Of a DNA stretch of 64,000 nucleotides, positions 63,163-64,000 are shown one piece after another (position 1 is the stretch's first letter; every line of letters starts with the position of its first letter). The translations under genes were made by a program, and so were the position numbers. Origin of the DNA: Christensenella sp. UBA3217 (lineage in GTDB: Bacteria > Bacillota > Clostridia > Christensenellales > CAG-1252); the NCBI GenBank assembly GCA_002363545.1, contig DEWF01000001.1, forward strand, positions 106,880 to 170,879, given 5' to 3'. Under the pieces are notes generated by a model. That model ran no database searches. It saw only the letters and a program-made list of their open reading frames with translations, and was not told the DNA's origin.

Positions 63163-64000
63163 ATGTACAAGATCATTACGAAAAAGAGTTTGAATCCTAC
63201 CGTCACCATGATGGAGATCGAATCACCGCTCGTTGCAAAAAAAGCAAAGGCGGGACAGTTCATCATTTTGCGTGTAGACGAAGAAGGGGAGAGGATCCCG
63301 CTTACCATTGCCGGGGTTGACCCCGTGCGCGGCGCGGTCAAGATCATCTTCCAAATCGTGGGTGCCACAACCGAAAAGTTGAACCACAAGGCGGAAGGGG
63401 AGTATATACAGGACTTTGTCGGTCCGCTTGGAATGCCCACCCATATCGCAGGCATGAAAAAGGTTTGCGTGGTTGGCGGTGGCGTGGGCTGTGCCATTGC
63501 GCTGCCTGTGGCGGAAGCGTTGCATGCGCAAGGCACCGAGGTGACCAGTATCATCGGTTTCCGTAATAAAGATCTTTTGATCTTAGAGGATGAATTTAAG
63601 GCTTGTTCGGACAAGCTGGTGGTCATGACGGATGACGGTTCATATGCTCGCCACGGAAACGTGACCGTCCCTCTCAAAGAGATGCTGGACGCAGGTGAGC
63701 AGTTTGATATGATCATTACGATCGGACCGCTTATTATGATGAAGTTCGTTACGCTTACGGCAAAGCCTTACGGCGTGCCTGTCACCGTTTCCATGAACCC
63801 CATTATGATAGACGGAACCGGAATGTGCGGCGGATGCCGTTTGACTCTTATGCAAGATGGCAAGAGAGTGACCAAGTTTGCTTGTGTGGACGGCCCTGAT
63901 TTTAACGGATACGAGGTGGATTTTGACGAGGCTATGTCCCGCGGCAGGACCTATTTCGATTTTGAACGTAAGGCTCATGAAAAAGCCTGCAATCTCTTCA
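63163..64000 (+). CDS. nfnA: NfnA-type ferredoxin-NADP+ oxidoreductase small subunit (PyrK-like FAD/[2Fe-2S]); the 3' end runs off the window
   Basis: The ORF track omits this frame because it has no in-window stop. ATG 63163 follows the SD GAGGTG. The translation begins MYKIITKKSLNPTVTMMEIESPLVAKKAKAGQFIILRVDEEGERIPLTIAG and includes the C-terminal Cys cluster GTGMCGGCR...FACVDGPDF. I did not check every codon for stops as carefully as for the 1-1437 ORF. Confidence 0.7.
   Translation, partial: MYKIITKKSLNPTVTMMEIESPLVAKKAKAGQFIILRVDEEGERIPLTIAGVDPVRGAVKIIFQIVGATTEKLNHKAEGEYIQDFVGPLGMPTHIAGMKKVCVVGGGVGCAIALPVAEALHAQGTEVTSIIGFRNKDLLILEDEFKACSDKLVVMTDDGSYARHGNVTVPLKEMLDAGEQFDMIITIGPLIMMKFVTLTAKPYGVPVTVSMNPIMIDGTGMCGGCRLTLMQDGKRVTKFACVDGPDFNGYEVDFDEAMSRGRTYFDFERKAHEKACNLF

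Overview
This is a gene-dense bacterial chromosomal window with about 50 CDS and 4 tRNAs. I ran no database search; all calls come from reading the translations and the DNA. Shine-Dalgarno sites, many lipobox lipoproteins, a SpoVB-like flippase, Rnf, a Na+-pumping decarboxylase, the DUF512-Der pair and an NfnA-like gene point to an anaerobic Firmicutes/Clostridia-type organism, but that is inference. Positions 1-36 kb are mostly core functions: a partial SpoVB/MOP flippase, a 1413-aa multi-CBM-like surface protein, a split TSUP transporter, rnfCDGEAB, Ppx/GppA, serC-serA and a sugar nucleotidyltransferase. They continue with RNase J, a U32 peptidase, a degenerate GT-like protein, DUF512-der, an aminotransferase, a fused MacB-type ABC transporter, rdgB and a phosphoesterase. 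This part ends with a tRNA Gly-Arg-His-Gln cluster, a ZIP transporter and an oxaloacetate-decarboxylase Na+ pump with a separate biotin carrier. Directly after tRNA-Gln lies a 1.3-kb islet flanked by perfect 67-bp direct repeats. It carries a second 21-nt copy of the tRNA-Gln 3' end, an unusual inverted array of 9-mers, and a GNAT/YoaP-like gene. Positions 36-61 kb form the accessory region and the main point of interest: a one-directional glycan-utilisation locus with no visible regulator. It is led by a 2665-aa lipoprotein built from nine tandem two-part Ig/Fn3-like units plus CBM-like modules. Behind it come two GH130 enzymes, an LplABC-type ABC importer, an unclassified clan-A-like glycosidase lipoprotein, an 895-aa four-module CBM-like lipoprotein, two SGNH esterases and three small membrane proteins. 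The locus closes with a single 1179-codon gene that fuses an MsmX/MalK-type ABC ATPase to a phosphohexomutase through about 270 unassigned residues. The window ends with sufC, a sufB/D-like gene and a partial NfnA-like gene.
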